A stretch of 64,000 nucleotides of DNA from an uncultured Salinivenus sp. (GTDB taxonomy: Bacteria > Bacteroidota > Rhodothermia > Rhodothermales > Salinibacteraceae): contig CAZFJR010000002.1 in assembly GCA_964519235.1 (NCBI GenBank), forward strand, positions 1,334 to 65,333, given 5' to 3'. The notes under the pieces were generated by a model that worked only from the letters and a program-made list of their open reading frames with translations, was not told the DNA's origin and did no database searches. The position numbers were made by a program, and so were the translations under genes. Shown piece by piece: positions 10,078 to 20,219 of the stretch (position 1 is its first letter; every line of letters begins with the position of its first letter).

Positions 10078-10162
10078 GAGTCTTGGGAGGCGCGGGGCCT
10101 CGTAAACAGAAGCACAAGCTACGCTGGACGGCACCGGTGGACGACGCCGGCCGATCCCAGAA

Positions 10163-10780
10163 TTACCAGTCTTTCTCTACACGTTCCCCCTCCTGCACCT
10201 GTCCCTGCACCGCACGCAGAAGCGTTTCTTCCTGGTTCTCGAGAGCCCCAAGCAGCCGCGCTGCCTGGGCACGGGTGAGGGCCTGTGCGCGCTGCCGGGA
10301 CGCCCCCTCCTCGCGCCCGGGACGCCGCGGCGTCTGGGCCGCATCGGGCGGCTCGCCATCCGCGTCGGGCCCTTTGGGCTGTGAGCGCGACGACTGCCGG
10401 CCGGCTTGCCCCTCCGAGCGGTCGCCCCTCTTCTCGCCTCGCTCCGCCGACCGCTCTTGCCGGCCCTGCGGCCCGCGTGAAGCCCCGGACTGCTGTTGCG
10501 CAGAGGCCCCTTCCGGCGACGACCGCCCTCCCTCCTGCCGATCCTCCGTCGCCAGCTTCTTCCGGAGGGCCTGCAAACGCGGATCGTCCGGGTGCGCCTC
10601 CAGCCCACGCGCCACGGTTTGGCGGGCCGCCTGCGTGTTGCCCCGCACGTACTGCTGCGCGGCGGTGTGGAAGAAGGTTTGGGCGGCGGGCTGAGCCTCC
10701 GCGGGCGGGGTCGGCAGCACGAGCAGTGCGGCGGCGAGCAGTGCGGTGGCATATACGCCGATCCAGCGAGCATGCGTCAT
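10163..10780 (-). CDS. BatC C-terminal-like protein
   Basis: Signal peptide, one TPR-like hairpin, Q/R-rich linker, ends ARLLGALENQE...EKDW as in BatC. Confidence 0.75.
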   Translation of the reverse strand: MTHARWIGVYATALLAAALLVLPTPPAEAQPAAQTFFHTAAQQYVRGNTQAARQTVARGLEAHPDDPRLQALRKKLATEDRQEGGRSSPEGASAQQQSGASRGPQGRQERSAERGEKRGDRSEGQAGRQSSRSQPKGPDADGEPPDAAQTPRRPGREEGASRQRAQALTRAQAARLLGALENQEETLLRAVQGQVQEGERVEKDW

Positions 10781-11418
10781 GGGGTGGAGCGGGCAATCTG
10801 GGCGATGTCTTCCACGCGGGTGATAAATGCGCGGTAGGCCTGCACGGTCGAGTCTTTGCGGACGCCGTCTTTGAGAAGGGCCGCGGCGGTGGTGTACTGG
10901 CGGCGGGCCACCAGGGTCTCGGCCCGATCCTTGAGGCGCTGGGCAAAGGGCGAGGGCTCGAGGGACGGCGGCTCCGTACCTTCGCTGCCTCCCCGCCGAC
11001 GCTTCAGGTATTCGTAGTTGAATCGGGCGTCGGCGTGGTTGGGCCGGCGGAGGAGCACCTCCTCAAGGTACTGGAGCGCCGCGTCCCGGTCGCCCCGCTC
11101 GGCCGCGACCGTGGCGGCGTTGAACAAAGCACGCACACGTTGGGGCTCGGTCGTGGCAGCGCGACGGGCACGACGGAGGGCCGTCCGGGCAGCGTCGAGG
11201 CGCCCCTGACGGTAGAGGGCGAGCCCCAGGTTGTTTTGGAGCCCCACGTACGCGGCCGTCGTTGTGTCGGCAAGTGCGCGAAGCCCTGCGCGATAGGCCG
11301 CGGCGGCCGCGGCGTACTCCGTCTCCGCAAACCGGGCGTTCCCCTCGCGGCCACGCTCCGGGGCGGTATCGCCCAGCAGGCCGAAGACGAACAAAAGAAG
11401 GGCCGTCCGCGCAATCAT
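10777..11418 (-). CDS. TPR protein, BatC N-terminal-like
   Basis: GREGN, NNLGLALY and ARFNYE TPR motifs; overlaps the downstream ORF by 4 bp. Confidence 0.8.
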   Translation of the reverse strand: MIARTALLLFVFGLLGDTAPERGREGNARFAETEYAAAAAAYRAGLRALADTTTAAYVGLQNNLGLALYRQGRLDAARTALRRARRAATTEPQRVRALFNAATVAAERGDRDAALQYLEEVLLRRPNHADARFNYEYLKRRRGGSEGTEPPSLEPSPFAQRLKDRAETLVARRQYTTAAALLKDGVRKDSTVQAYRAFITRVEDIAQIARSTP

Positions 11419-11511
11419 GGGCTGTGGGGTCGGTGTCTCCCAATCGATCCTTTACATGCTCGTACATCGGCCGCTCCTTCTCGATTCCACCGGGGCCGGC
11501 CCCCAGCCCCG

Positions 11512-12588
11512 CTAAGTGGTGGTCCACGGCCGCAACCGTTCTCCGACGCTCGGCCCAGTGCCGTCGCGCCCTCGGATTGGCACCGCGTAGCCCGCGGCCA
11601 GCAGGAGCAGCGCAACGGCAAGGGGCCACTGGTACAGTTCTTTGTAGTCGGCAAACCGTTCCGCGTCGTACGTCGTGCGGCCCATCTGGCGGAGCGCTGC
11701 GGGCACGTCCGGGAGGGCGCTGGTGGTCGGGCCGATCCGAAAGTACGCCCCCGACCGGGCCAGGCGCGTGAGGGCGGCCTCGTCCAACCGGCTCTGCACC
11801 GGCTGCCCCTGCGGGGTTTTCTTAACGCCGACCTGCCGTCCTCGCTTGTACAGGGGCACCCGTGCCCCCTGTTCGGTACCCACCCCAGCCGTGAGAAGCG
11901 TAATCCCGGCCTCTCGGGCCCGCTGACGCGCCGCATCGAGATCGCCTACGTGGTTCTCGCCGTCCGAAACCAACAGAAGTGCCCGCGGGCGGGGCTCTTC
12001 AGGGGCGGCGGCCGAGTCGTCGGGCGGGCGGGCCGCCCCGAAGGCCTGGAGGGCTGCGTCGAGCGCTGCGGTGACGTCGGTGCCGGGGGTGGCAACCTGA
12101 CCGGGAGCGGCGGCGTCGAGAAAGAGACGGAACGCGCCGTAATCCGACGTAAGGGGGCACTGCACAAAGCCGTCCCCGGAAAACAGCACCAGGCCCACGC
12201 GGTCGCCCGTGAGGCGATTCACCAGGCCTCGCAACTCGCTTTTGGCACGCCGCAGGCGGCTCGGGGGAACGTCCTGCGCCCGCATGGAGGCCGACACGTC
12301 CAGCGCCACGACCAGGTCCACGCCGCGCCGCTCAACGGTGCGCACCTCGGTGCCCCAGCGCGGGCCCGCCAGGGCCACTCCGCCCAGCAGCAGCCCCGCC
12401 CCCACCAGTGCCGCCCGGAGCGTGCGGCGTCCCGGCCGCAGGGCAGGCGCCAAGCGCTGGAGCCCGTCCGCGCCCCCGAATTGCTCTCGTGCGGCCTGTC
12501 GCTGCCGGGCCGCCCGCCAGTACAGCCACGCGGCCCCGGGCACGAGAAGCAGCGCCCAGGCGAGGGTCGGGTGCAGCCAGTCCATCAT
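11512..12588 (-). CDS. batB: VWA domain protein BatB
   Basis: LAGPRWG, LDVSASM (MIDAS), DVPPSRL, CPLTSD and SDGE motifs. Confidence 0.92.
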   Translation of the reverse strand: MMDWLHPTLAWALLLVPGAAWLYWRAARQRQAAREQFGGADGLQRLAPALRPGRRTLRAALVGAGLLLGGVALAGPRWGTEVRTVERRGVDLVVALDVSASMRAQDVPPSRLRRAKSELRGLVNRLTGDRVGLVLFSGDGFVQCPLTSDYGAFRLFLDAAAPGQVATPGTDVTAALDAALQAFGAARPPDDSAAAPEEPRPRALLLVSDGENHVGDLDAARQRAREAGITLLTAGVGTEQGARVPLYKRGRQVGVKKTPQGQPVQSRLDEAALTRLARSGAYFRIGPTTSALPDVPAALRQMGRTTYDAERFADYKELYQWPLAVALLLLAAGYAVPIRGRDGTGPSVGERLRPWTTT

Positions 12589-12683
12589 CGAGGCGTCGTG
12601 TCGAATCGCGAAGAACGAAGGCGGGGAGGCCGCCGGGCCCCCTCAGTCCTGAGCGGTCCCGCCGGGCTTTGCGCAGGACACAC

Positions 12684-13661
12684 TCACGGAAAGCGGCGGA
12701 AGAGCGTGGTGGAAAGCGCCACCTCCAACAGCACGAGCCCGAGCGCGCCCCCTAGAAACCAGGGATACTGCTCGGTACGATCCGTGTAGATGCGCTCGTC
12801 AACGGGCGTGGCCTCCATCGCGTCAATCTCTGCGTAGATGCGTTCGAGCGCATCTCGGTCGGTGGCCGAGAAGTACTGCCCCCCGGTCGACGCGGCGACC
12901 GACCGAAGCATTTCGGCGTCGACCCCACCTGTCGTGCCGCGCCGCTCCCCAGGCACCGGCTCCGTCTGCGCGGGAGACTCGTCCGCCGAGCCCACCCCGA
13001 CTGCGTACACGCGCACGCTCAGGGCCTGCGCAATCTCCGCTGCCGTCTGGGGATCGATCTGGCCCCGGTTGTTGCGGCCATCGGTCAGCAGAATGGCCAC
13101 CTTGCTATCCGCCTCGCTGTCCTTGAGGCGATTGACGGCGGTGGCCAGCGCCGTGCCCACCGCCGTCCCGTCTTCCACAGCCCCAATCTCTACCTCTTCG
13201 AGCATGCGCCGGAGAAACGAATAGTCGAGGGTGAGGGGCACCTGGGTATAGGCCTTGGCCGCAAACACCACGAGCCCCACGCGGTCGGACACACGGCCCT
13301 CCACGAAGGCGTCCGCAGCCCGGCGGGCAGCCTTGAAGCGAGTGGGCCGAAAATCCTCCGCCTGCATCGACGAGGACGCATCGAGCACCATCATGATGTC
13401 GATTCCCTCGGCCGTCTTGGTTTTCGTGGTTTCCTGGGTTTGGGGGCGCGCCAGGGCCAGGATCCCGAGCGCGAGCGCCCCCATCCGGAGCGCCCCGGGC
13501 ACCCACTGCCCCCGCACCGTCCACGCCACGGGCGCCCCTTGCGCCGGCCGGGTATCGCTGTAGCGGAGCCCGCCGGCACGGCGCCGGCGCCACCACCGCC
13601 ACGCCCCCAGCGCCGGCACCGCCACCAGCAGCCACAGTACGTACGGGTCGACGAACGTCAC
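12684..13661 (-). CDS. batA: VWA domain protein BatA
   Basis: LARPQ, DASSSM, PLTLD, DGTAVG and LLTDGRNNRG motifs. Confidence 0.94.
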   Translation of the reverse strand: MTFVDPYVLWLLVAVPALGAWRWWRRRRAGGLRYSDTRPAQGAPVAWTVRGQWVPGALRMGALALGILALARPQTQETTKTKTAEGIDIMMVLDASSSMQAEDFRPTRFKAARRAADAFVEGRVSDRVGLVVFAAKAYTQVPLTLDYSFLRRMLEEVEIGAVEDGTAVGTALATAVNRLKDSEADSKVAILLTDGRNNRGQIDPQTAAEIAQALSVRVYAVGVGSADESPAQTEPVPGERRGTTGGVDAEMLRSVAASTGGQYFSATDRDALERIYAEIDAMEATPVDERIYTDRTEQYPWFLGGALGLVLLEVALSTTLFRRFP

Positions 13662-13720
13662 AGAATACGAAGCACGAACTCACTAGACAGCGCCCTGCAC
13701 AAGGCTGCGCGGCAACGGCT

Positions 13721-14494
13721 CTACGGCGCCCCCGCCCCCTCTTCGGAGCGGTCGGCCACGGCCTCCACGAGCGCCGGCAGCACCTCGCCGGCAGGCCCAC
13801 GAATCGACTCGTCGACGTCCGGGGTAACGCCCGTCGTGTCGGGATTTACCTCCGCAACGTACGCGCCGTGCTCCCGGGCCCGCACCGGATAGCGGGCCGC
13901 CGGGTACACCACGGCACTCGTGCCCACGCTCAACAGCACGTCGGCTCGTGCCGTCGCCGCATCGGCCCGTTCCACCGCCTCTGGCGGCAGCCGCTCCCCA
14001 AACCACACGACGTCGGGGCGAACGAGGCCGTCGCAGGCCGGGCAGCGCGCGGGCTCGCCGTTCCGGATCGCGGCGTCTACGGCCTCCGGGGCCGCCGTGC
14101 GCTCGCAATCCACGCAGTAGTTGCGGGTGATGTTGCCGTGCAGCTCGATCACCGCGTCACTCCCGGCCCGATTGTGCAGGTCGTCCACGTTTTGGGTGAC
14201 GACCGAGACCGACGGCACGTGCGCCTCCAGGGCCTTCAGGGCGCGGTGTCCCGCGTTTGGCTCGGCCTCCTCGACCACCTGCCGCCGGTGCTGGTACCAG
14301 CCCTGCACGAGCGTAGGGTTGTCGAGAAAAGCCTCCACGTTGGCCAGCTCCTGCGGCTCGAATTCGTCCCAGAGGCCGTCCGGGTCGCGAAAGGTGGGAA
14401 TCCCACTCTCGGCACTGATGCCCGCGCCGGTGAGCACGGCCACGTGGTCGGCCTCGGCGAGGCGGCAAACAAGCGTGTCGCTAATTGTGGGCAT
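13721..14494 (-). CDS. cobB: NAD-dependent protein deacylase (class III sirtuin)
   Basis: GAGISAESGIPTFR, TQNVD, HG, two CxxC Zn motifs, YxxR (WYQHR); ATG 14494 overlaps the upstream gene. Confidence 0.95.
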   Translation of the reverse strand: MPTISDTLVCRLAEADHVAVLTGAGISAESGIPTFRDPDGLWDEFEPQELANVEAFLDNPTLVQGWYQHRRQVVEEAEPNAGHRALKALEAHVPSVSVVTQNVDDLHNRAGSDAVIELHGNITRNYCVDCERTAAPEAVDAAIRNGEPARCPACDGLVRPDVVWFGERLPPEAVERADAATARADVLLSVGTSAVVYPAARYPVRAREHGAYVAEVNPDTTGVTPDVDESIRGPAGEVLPALVEAVADRSEEGAGAP

Positions 14495-15503
14495 GGCTCT
14501 GGCGAAGCGAGGGGTCGGCGTCTGGCGATTGAGCGTCGGCACGGCGCTGCGCGGCTTCGAGGACGCGGAGCACGTCCTGTGCCGTGCTCAGCACGGAGGC
14601 ACTTGCGTCGGGGGCGGGGTGGGCACCGGCAAACTTGACGAGGTCCGCCTGCTGCAGCACCTCGTGCAGGCGCCGTGCGGCCTGTGCCCCCACCTCAGGC
14701 CGGCGGCGAAGCGCAGCCACCACCTCGGCGGTCGTGCGCTCCGGGGCGGGCAGCCCCATGCGCCGGGCCATATAGACTCGAAGCGTGTCGCTAAGGTCCA
14801 CGTAGAAGGCCGTGCAGGCCTCGCGGCCCGTCGGGTGGCGTCGTTCGAGCCCCTGAAGGCGTGCGATGGCCGCCTCGTAGGGATCGTCGGGGCTCGGGGC
14901 CGCCTCTGCCTCTTCGGGCGCGCGCCCCCGCCACACCCACCACGCATACGCGCCTCCGGCGAGCGTGGCCGCCCCGAGAAAAACGAGCAGGGCCCACCCC
15001 CAGGACGGCCGCGGAAACGCAGCCAGACGGGCCGGGGTGCGGAGTTCGTCCGCGTCGGGCCCCACCACCGAGATCACCGGGATCGTCCGGGGCCCCGAGC
15101 CAACAACTGCCGTGTCGCGGTCCGTAGCGAGCCGCACGGGAAGCACCGGCACGCGCACCGAATCGAGCGCGAAGGTAGTCGCCTCGTAGGCCACACGGTC
15201 CACCTGCCGCCCCCCCGGCGTCGTGCGCGTCTGCACAGCGCTCCGCCCCATCACCCGGACATCGCCGAAGAGCGCCGCGCCCGCGTCCGCTGCGGGGAAA
15301 ATCGCCGTACGCCCCGCGGCGTGCGTCGCCACCAGCGCAAGCGTGAAGCGCTCGCCAACCTTCACACTGTCGGCCAACACCCGCGCCTCAATGCGGGGGC
15401 TGGGCTGGGCCACAACGGGCCGCAGGGCCGCTCCCGTGCCCCCCAGCAGGAGCAACACGCCGCCAAGCCCGGCCCAAAATACGAGAGGCCACCGGTGCTG
15501 CAT
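14481..15503 (-). CDS. Bat-operon membrane protein (Ig-like domain, TM, helical C-terminal domain)
   Basis: DSVKVGE, ERTTAE and QADLVKFA motifs typical of the gene between DUF58 and batA. Confidence 0.85.
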   Translation of the reverse strand: MQHRWPLVFWAGLGGVLLLLGGTGAALRPVVAQPSPRIEARVLADSVKVGERFTLALVATHAAGRTAIFPAADAGAALFGDVRVMGRSAVQTRTTPGGRQVDRVAYEATTFALDSVRVPVLPVRLATDRDTAVVGSGPRTIPVISVVGPDADELRTPARLAAFPRPSWGWALLVFLGAATLAGGAYAWWVWRGRAPEEAEAAPSPDDPYEAAIARLQGLERRHPTGREACTAFYVDLSDTLRVYMARRMGLPAPERTTAEVVAALRRRPEVGAQAARRLHEVLQQADLVKFAGAHPAPDASASVLSTAQDVLRVLEAAQRRADAQSPDADPSLRQSHAHN

Positions 15504-15518
15504 GAGGTCGGGGAGACT

Positions 15519-16394
15519 TTATCCGCGCCGGGCCCGGCGCCGAAAGAACGCGATGAGGGGCTCCAAAGGATCGGCGTCGGTACGCACCACCACGTGCCCA
15601 GCCCCGGTCTGCCGCAGCAGGGTGCGGGTTCGCTCCCGCCGGGCCCGGGCCGACGCCTCAAAGGCTCGCCGCACTTCCGGATCGCGCGTGTCGACCGTCA
15701 CCATCTCCCCCGTCTCGGTGTCGGTCAGATCAACCAGACCCACCGGGGGGAGTTCCTCCTCGCGAGGGTCCTGCAACTCCACCCCGACGGTGTCGTGCCG
15801 CTGGGCGGCCGCCCGCAGCGTGGAGGCGTACTCGCGGTCGAAGAAGTCGCTTACCACCATCAGGACGGACCGGCGCCGTAGAATGCGCAGCACGCGCCGC
15901 AGCGCCTTGCCGATGTCGGTCCCCCGGGACTCAGGCTCTACGGTGAACAGTTCGCGGATGCACCGAAGCACGTGCCGGCGCCCCGATCCGGGCCGCACGA
16001 ACCCCTCCACCGTGTCGGAAAACAGCAGCAGCCCCACCGTGTCGTTGTTGCGAATGGCGCTGAAGGCAACGACCGCGCAAATCTCGGCCGCTACCTCCCG
16101 CTTGAGCCTGCCCTGCGAGCCAAAATTCTCTGATCCCGACACGTCCACGCACAGCATGACGGTCTGCTCGCGCTCCTCCTCGTACACCTTCACGTAGGTC
16201 TCATCCATCCGCGCCGACACGTTCCAATCAATGGTACGAATGTCGTCGCCCACCTGGTAGGGCCGCACCTCGGCAAACTCAATCCCGCGCCCCTTGAAGG
16301 CCGACTGGTACTCGCCCTGAAAAACGCCGTCCACCGCCCCGCGCGCCCGAATCTCCAGGCGGCGGATTTTTTCGATGAGGTCGTCGGGAATCAT
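15519..16394 (-). CDS. DUF58 domain protein (MoxR-associated)
   Basis: FKGRGIEFAEVRPYQVGDDIRTIDWNVSAR, VDVSGS, VSDF; likely ATG 16394. Confidence 0.95.
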   Translation of the reverse strand: MIPDDLIEKIRRLEIRARGAVDGVFQGEYQSAFKGRGIEFAEVRPYQVGDDIRTIDWNVSARMDETYVKVYEEEREQTVMLCVDVSGSENFGSQGRLKREVAAEICAVVAFSAIRNNDTVGLLLFSDTVEGFVRPGSGRRHVLRCIRELFTVEPESRGTDIGKALRRVLRILRRRSVLMVVSDFFDREYASTLRAAAQRHDTVGVELQDPREEELPPVGLVDLTDTETGEMVTVDTRDPEVRRAFEASARARRERTRTLLRQTGAGHVVVRTDADPLEPLIAFFRRRARRG

Positions 16395-16530
16395 AGGCTG
16401 GAACGTTCGGACGAAACACAATTCGGGCACAACCCAGGCGGTCCGGCACCAGACGAGCAACGCATTGCAGCGTGGTGTGCGAATTTGTTGTAGCGCCCGG
16501 CCGCCCGGATCGTTCGCCTCTGGTTGCTCT

Positions 16531-18300
16531 CTACTCCTGCAGCGGCCACACGTACTGAATAATGCTGATGGCCACGATGCTCACGACAAGCTGGAGGGGC
16601 GCGCCCACCTTGGTGAAGTCGGTGAAACGGTACTTGCCAGGTCCGTACACCATCAGGTTGGTCTGGTAATTGAGCGGAGTTAAAAACGACATCGACGCGG
16701 CCACGGTGGCCGTCAGCACGAGGGGGCGCGGGTCGAGCCCCTGGGTGGCGGCCAGCGCCACCACGACAGGAAACATGAGCGCTGCGGCGGCCTGGTTGAT
16801 GATGAGTTCCGTCAAGAGCACCGTTCCAAAAAATACCCCCAGGAGCAGGCCCCACCCTCCGGCCACGTCGGCCAGCCCAGCGATGCCCTGGCCCAGCACA
16901 GCGGCCGCCCCACTCACGTCCAGCGCACTCGCAATGCCGATGGCCGACCCCACAGCCACAAGGACCGACCAATTTACGGACCGCCGCGCCTCGTCCGGGC
17001 TTACGCATCCGGTAACGATCATGAGCATCCCCGCCACGGGCGATGCGATGGGGAGGGGCAGAAGCCCAGCCGCCGCCACGGCCACCATGCCGGCGAGCAC
17101 CCCGCCGGCCATCCACTGCTTCCGGGCCTCGCGCCGCCGCGGCCCTCGGAGCGGACTCATCACGAGAAGCTCGTTGTACTCGCGGTGGGCCTGATCAAAC
17201 TCCGGGCTTGCCTCCAGAACGAGCGTGTCTCCCGCCCGCAGCCGCGCCTCCCCCACGCGCTTCTCCACGTTCTCCCCCCGCCGCTGCACGGCCACCACCG
17301 ACGCGTTGTAGCGCGCCCGAAACTCCGCCTCCTTCAACCGCGTCCCCACCAGCGGCGACCCCCGCGGGATCACCGCGCGGTACATCTCCCAGGTCGGCTC
17401 TTCCACCGGCGGGTCCGCCGTGGTCACCGTTTCAATCCCCTTCAGGTGCGCCAGCTCCACGATGTGGTCCAGGTCCCCGGCGAACGTCAGCCGATCGCCC
17501 GACGCCAACTCTTCGCCCGGCTCCACAGGAACAACCACCGACGCCCGACGCTGGATGCGCACCAGGTACAGCTTCTCCACCTCATCGAGGCCCGCATCCT
17601 CCACCGTCTGCCCCACCAGGTCGGAAGCATCGTTCACCTGCACGTCCGTCACGAACTCGTGCACGTCGTCCCCCGGCGACTCGGCCGAGACGCGGGCGGG
17701 AAGAAGGCGGGGCGCAAGCAGGGTGAGGTACGCAACTCCAGCCCCAAGCACGGGAACGCCCACCACCGCCAGTTCAAAAAAGCCGATCCCCGGAAGTCCA
17801 TGCTGCCGCAGGAGCCCATCCATCACGAGGTTGGTCGACGTCCCGATGAGCGTGGAAATGCCCCCAATGATCGACGCGTAGGATAGCGGAATGAGCAGCT
17901 TGGAGGGGGAAATGCCGTGGTCCCGCGCCCACTGGCCGAGCGTGGGGATGCCGATGGCCACAATGGCCGTATTCGACATGAACGCCGATCCTACGGCCGA
18001 AAGCGTGGTGGTGCGCGCCAACACCGACCGGAGGGAGGCCCCCTTCCCAAACATCGCCTGTGTCACCCGGTCGATCAGGCCCGTGGCCCGGACGCCCGCC
18101 GCTACCAGAAACAGCCCCGCGATGGTGGCAATGGCAGGGTTCGAAAATCCGGCCAGAACGTCTCCGGGCGAGAGCACCCCCGCCGTGGCAAGCACCAGAA
18201 GTGCGCCCAACAGTAGAAAGTCGGGACTGAACACCTCTCGCGCGATCAGCCCGACCGTCGCGAGCAGCACCACGATCGTAAAGACGGCGTCGGCCCCCAT
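16531..18300 (-). CDS. SLC13 family permease with two TrkA-C domains
   Basis: GFSNPA, SKLLIPLSYAS, GTSTN and TPLNYQTNLMVYGPG motifs. Confidence 0.93.
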   Translation of the reverse strand: MGADAVFTIVVLLATVGLIAREVFSPDFLLLGALLVLATAGVLSPGDVLAGFSNPAIATIAGLFLVAAGVRATGLIDRVTQAMFGKGASLRSVLARTTTLSAVGSAFMSNTAIVAIGIPTLGQWARDHGISPSKLLIPLSYASIIGGISTLIGTSTNLVMDGLLRQHGLPGIGFFELAVVGVPVLGAGVAYLTLLAPRLLPARVSAESPGDDVHEFVTDVQVNDASDLVGQTVEDAGLDEVEKLYLVRIQRRASVVVPVEPGEELASGDRLTFAGDLDHIVELAHLKGIETVTTADPPVEEPTWEMYRAVIPRGSPLVGTRLKEAEFRARYNASVVAVQRRGENVEKRVGEARLRAGDTLVLEASPEFDQAHREYNELLVMSPLRGPRRREARKQWMAGGVLAGMVAVAAAGLLPLPIASPVAGMLMIVTGCVSPDEARRSVNWSVLVAVGSAIGIASALDVSGAAAVLGQGIAGLADVAGGWGLLLGVFFGTVLLTELIINQAAAALMFPVVVALAATQGLDPRPLVLTATVAASMSFLTPLNYQTNLMVYGPGKYRFTDFTKVGAPLQLVVSIVAISIIQYVWPLQE

Positions 18301-18481
18301 GGCGACAGGGCGGGCGCAGAGAAGCGGGCCCGCAACGTGATGGGTTCTTGGAGGTGCGGAGTTCGGGACACCGCAGGGCTTGTCAGTATACAGCCCGCGC
18401 CCTCAATATACAGCCCACGCTCAACATACGGCCCGCATCGCGACGCGTCGCAAGACGCGCGGGCCGGCGAGAACGGGCGGA

Positions 18482-18519
18482 CGGCAGGATCTGCCGAGGG
18501 CGGTCGGAAATTTGTGCCC
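18482..18519. promoter_or_regulatory. Paired enhancer-like palindromes upstream of flgF
   Basis: CGGCAGGATCTGCCG (18482-18496) and CGGAAATTTGTGCCC (18505-18519), 23 bp apart. Confidence 0.55.
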
Positions 18520-18572
18520 GCCGCCCGAGGCCGGCGGTCCGGTTGGGGGGACGGTCTCTCCGCACGGGGGAT

Positions 18573-18587
18573 TGGTAGGCTCTTTGA
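18573..18587 (+). promoter_or_regulatory. Candidate sigma54 promoter for the flgF operon
   Basis: TGGTAGGCTCTTTGA: GG-N10-GA, non-canonical -12. Confidence 0.4.
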
Positions 18588-18631
18588 TGCCCTGTCCGCG
18601 TGCACGTTCCTGCTCCTTTCCTGCTCCTGCC

Positions 18632-19357
18632 ATGCTTGCCCGCTTCGAAAACGCCGCGGCCGCCATGAACGCCCTGCGGCGCAACCAAGAGCGCGTGGCC
18701 AACAACCTGGCCAACGCCAACACGACCGGCTACAAGCGCGACCGCTTCTTTACGGAAGCCCTCAACGAGCGGCTCAACGCGCAGGGCGCCCCGCGAAGCG
18801 ATCGCCGCGTGCGGCAGACCAGCGACCTCTCCCCCGGCGCGTTGGAGGACACGGGCAACCCTCTCGATGTGGCGCTGGGCGGCGAGGGATTTTTTGTGAC
18901 GCGCGCCCCGGACGCCAACGCCCCGCACTACACCCGCGCCGGACACTTTGTGGTCGGGAACGAGGGCACCCTGCGCACGCCCGGCGGCAAGGCGGTGCTC
19001 GGCGAGGGCGGCCCCATACAAGTTCCTCTCAACGCGGACGGGGACCTTCGCATCGCCAAAGACGGCACAATCACGGCGAGTGGCGATCCGGTCGGCACGC
19101 TCCGCGTGGTGACGTTCGACGCCCCCGAGGAGATGGACCGCGTCCAGGGAGCGGCGTTTGTGGCCGGCGGGGCCGCCCCCGAGCCCGCAGACGCCCCAAC
19201 AGTGCTCCAGGGAAAGCTGGAAACCAGCAACGTGAGCCCGATCACAGAAATGACCGACATGATCGAAACCTCTCGCCACTACCAGGCCCAACAGAAGTCG
19301 CTTCGCACCACCAACGAGGTTCTCAGCCGCGCCACCCAGACGCTTGGCCGGCTGTAG
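18632..19357 (+). CDS. flgF: Flagellar basal-body rod protein FlgF
   Basis: ANNLANANTTGYK, TGNPLDVAL, YTRAG, LETSNV; directly precedes flgG. Confidence 0.9.
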   Translation: MLARFENAAAAMNALRRNQERVANNLANANTTGYKRDRFFTEALNERLNAQGAPRSDRRVRQTSDLSPGALEDTGNPLDVALGGEGFFVTRAPDANAPHYTRAGHFVVGNEGTLRTPGGKAVLGEGGPIQVPLNADGDLRIAKDGTITASGDPVGTLRVVTFDAPEEMDRVQGAAFVAGGAAPEPADAPTVLQGKLETSNVSPITEMTDMIETSRHYQAQQKSLRTTNEVLSRATQTLGRL

Positions 19358-19399
19358 CCCCGGCCGCTCATTCTCTTTCTCGCACAATGCCTTGTTTCC

Positions 19400-20188
19400 A
19401 TGCCCCCTCGCTCGCTCCAAACCGCTGCCCTGGGCATGACGGCCCAGCAGACGAAGGTCAACAACATCGCCAACAACCTGGCCAACGCCAACACGACCGG
19501 GTTCAAGCGCTCGCGCGTGGTCTTCAAGGACCTGCTCTACCAAAACGTACAGGCCGACGGGGAGGGCGACGCCACCGGGGCCGAGCCCGCCGAGCTGCAG
19601 ATGGGCCATGGGGCTACGGCCGTGGCCACGGTGCGCAACTTCTCGCAGGGCGGCTTTACAGAAACCGGCAACGCGCTGAACATGGCCATTAACGGCGACG
19701 GGTTCTTTCAGGTGCGCCGGCCCGACGGCACCATGGCCTACACGCGCGACGGCACATTTACGATGAGCAGCGAGGGCAACCTCGTGACACAGACGGGCCT
19801 GCAGGTGCAGCCCAACATCAACGTGCCCCCCGACGCCGTAGAGATCGACGTCAACAAAGAAGGGGTGGTGTCTGCCCGCCTCCAGGGCGAGTCCGAGATG
19901 ATTGAGCTGGGGCAACTGGAGCTGGCCCGGTTCTCTAACACCGCGGGCCTGCGTGCGGTCGGGGGCAACCTGTACGAGCAGACGGAAGCGAGCGGCGAGC
20001 CGTTTTTGGGCGCTCCGGGCCGCAACGGCATGGGCACGGTTCGCCAGGGCTTTCTGGAAAAGGGAAACGTGCAGGTGGTCAAGGAGATGACCAGCCTGAT
20101 TCAGGCCCAGCGGACCTACGAGCTCAACTCGAAGATGGTAAAGGCCAGTGACAACATGATGCAGACCGCCAACAACGTGAAACGGTAG
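19400..20188 (+). CDS. flgG: Flagellar distal rod protein FlgG
   Basis: ANNLANANTTGFK, FKDLLYQ, YTRDG, QRTYELNSK. Confidence 0.96.
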   Translation: MPPRSLQTAALGMTAQQTKVNNIANNLANANTTGFKRSRVVFKDLLYQNVQADGEGDATGAEPAELQMGHGATAVATVRNFSQGGFTETGNALNMAINGDGFFQVRRPDGTMAYTRDGTFTMSSEGNLVTQTGLQVQPNINVPPDAVEIDVNKEGVVSARLQGESEMIELGQLELARFSNTAGLRAVGGNLYEQTEASGEPFLGAPGRNGMGTVRQGFLEKGNVQVVKEMTSLIQAQRTYELNSKMVKASDNMMQTANNVKR

Positions 20189-20219
20189 CCTGCTCTTCGT
20201 CGCCCTGTCCGCCCCCCTC

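Noticed and set aside
10285-12789. 834-aa + strand ORF and other long antisense ORFs (14121-15881, 18383-20698, 3669-4988)
   Set aside because: Shadow frames of well-supported genes in GC-rich DNA; R/P/G-rich with no motifs
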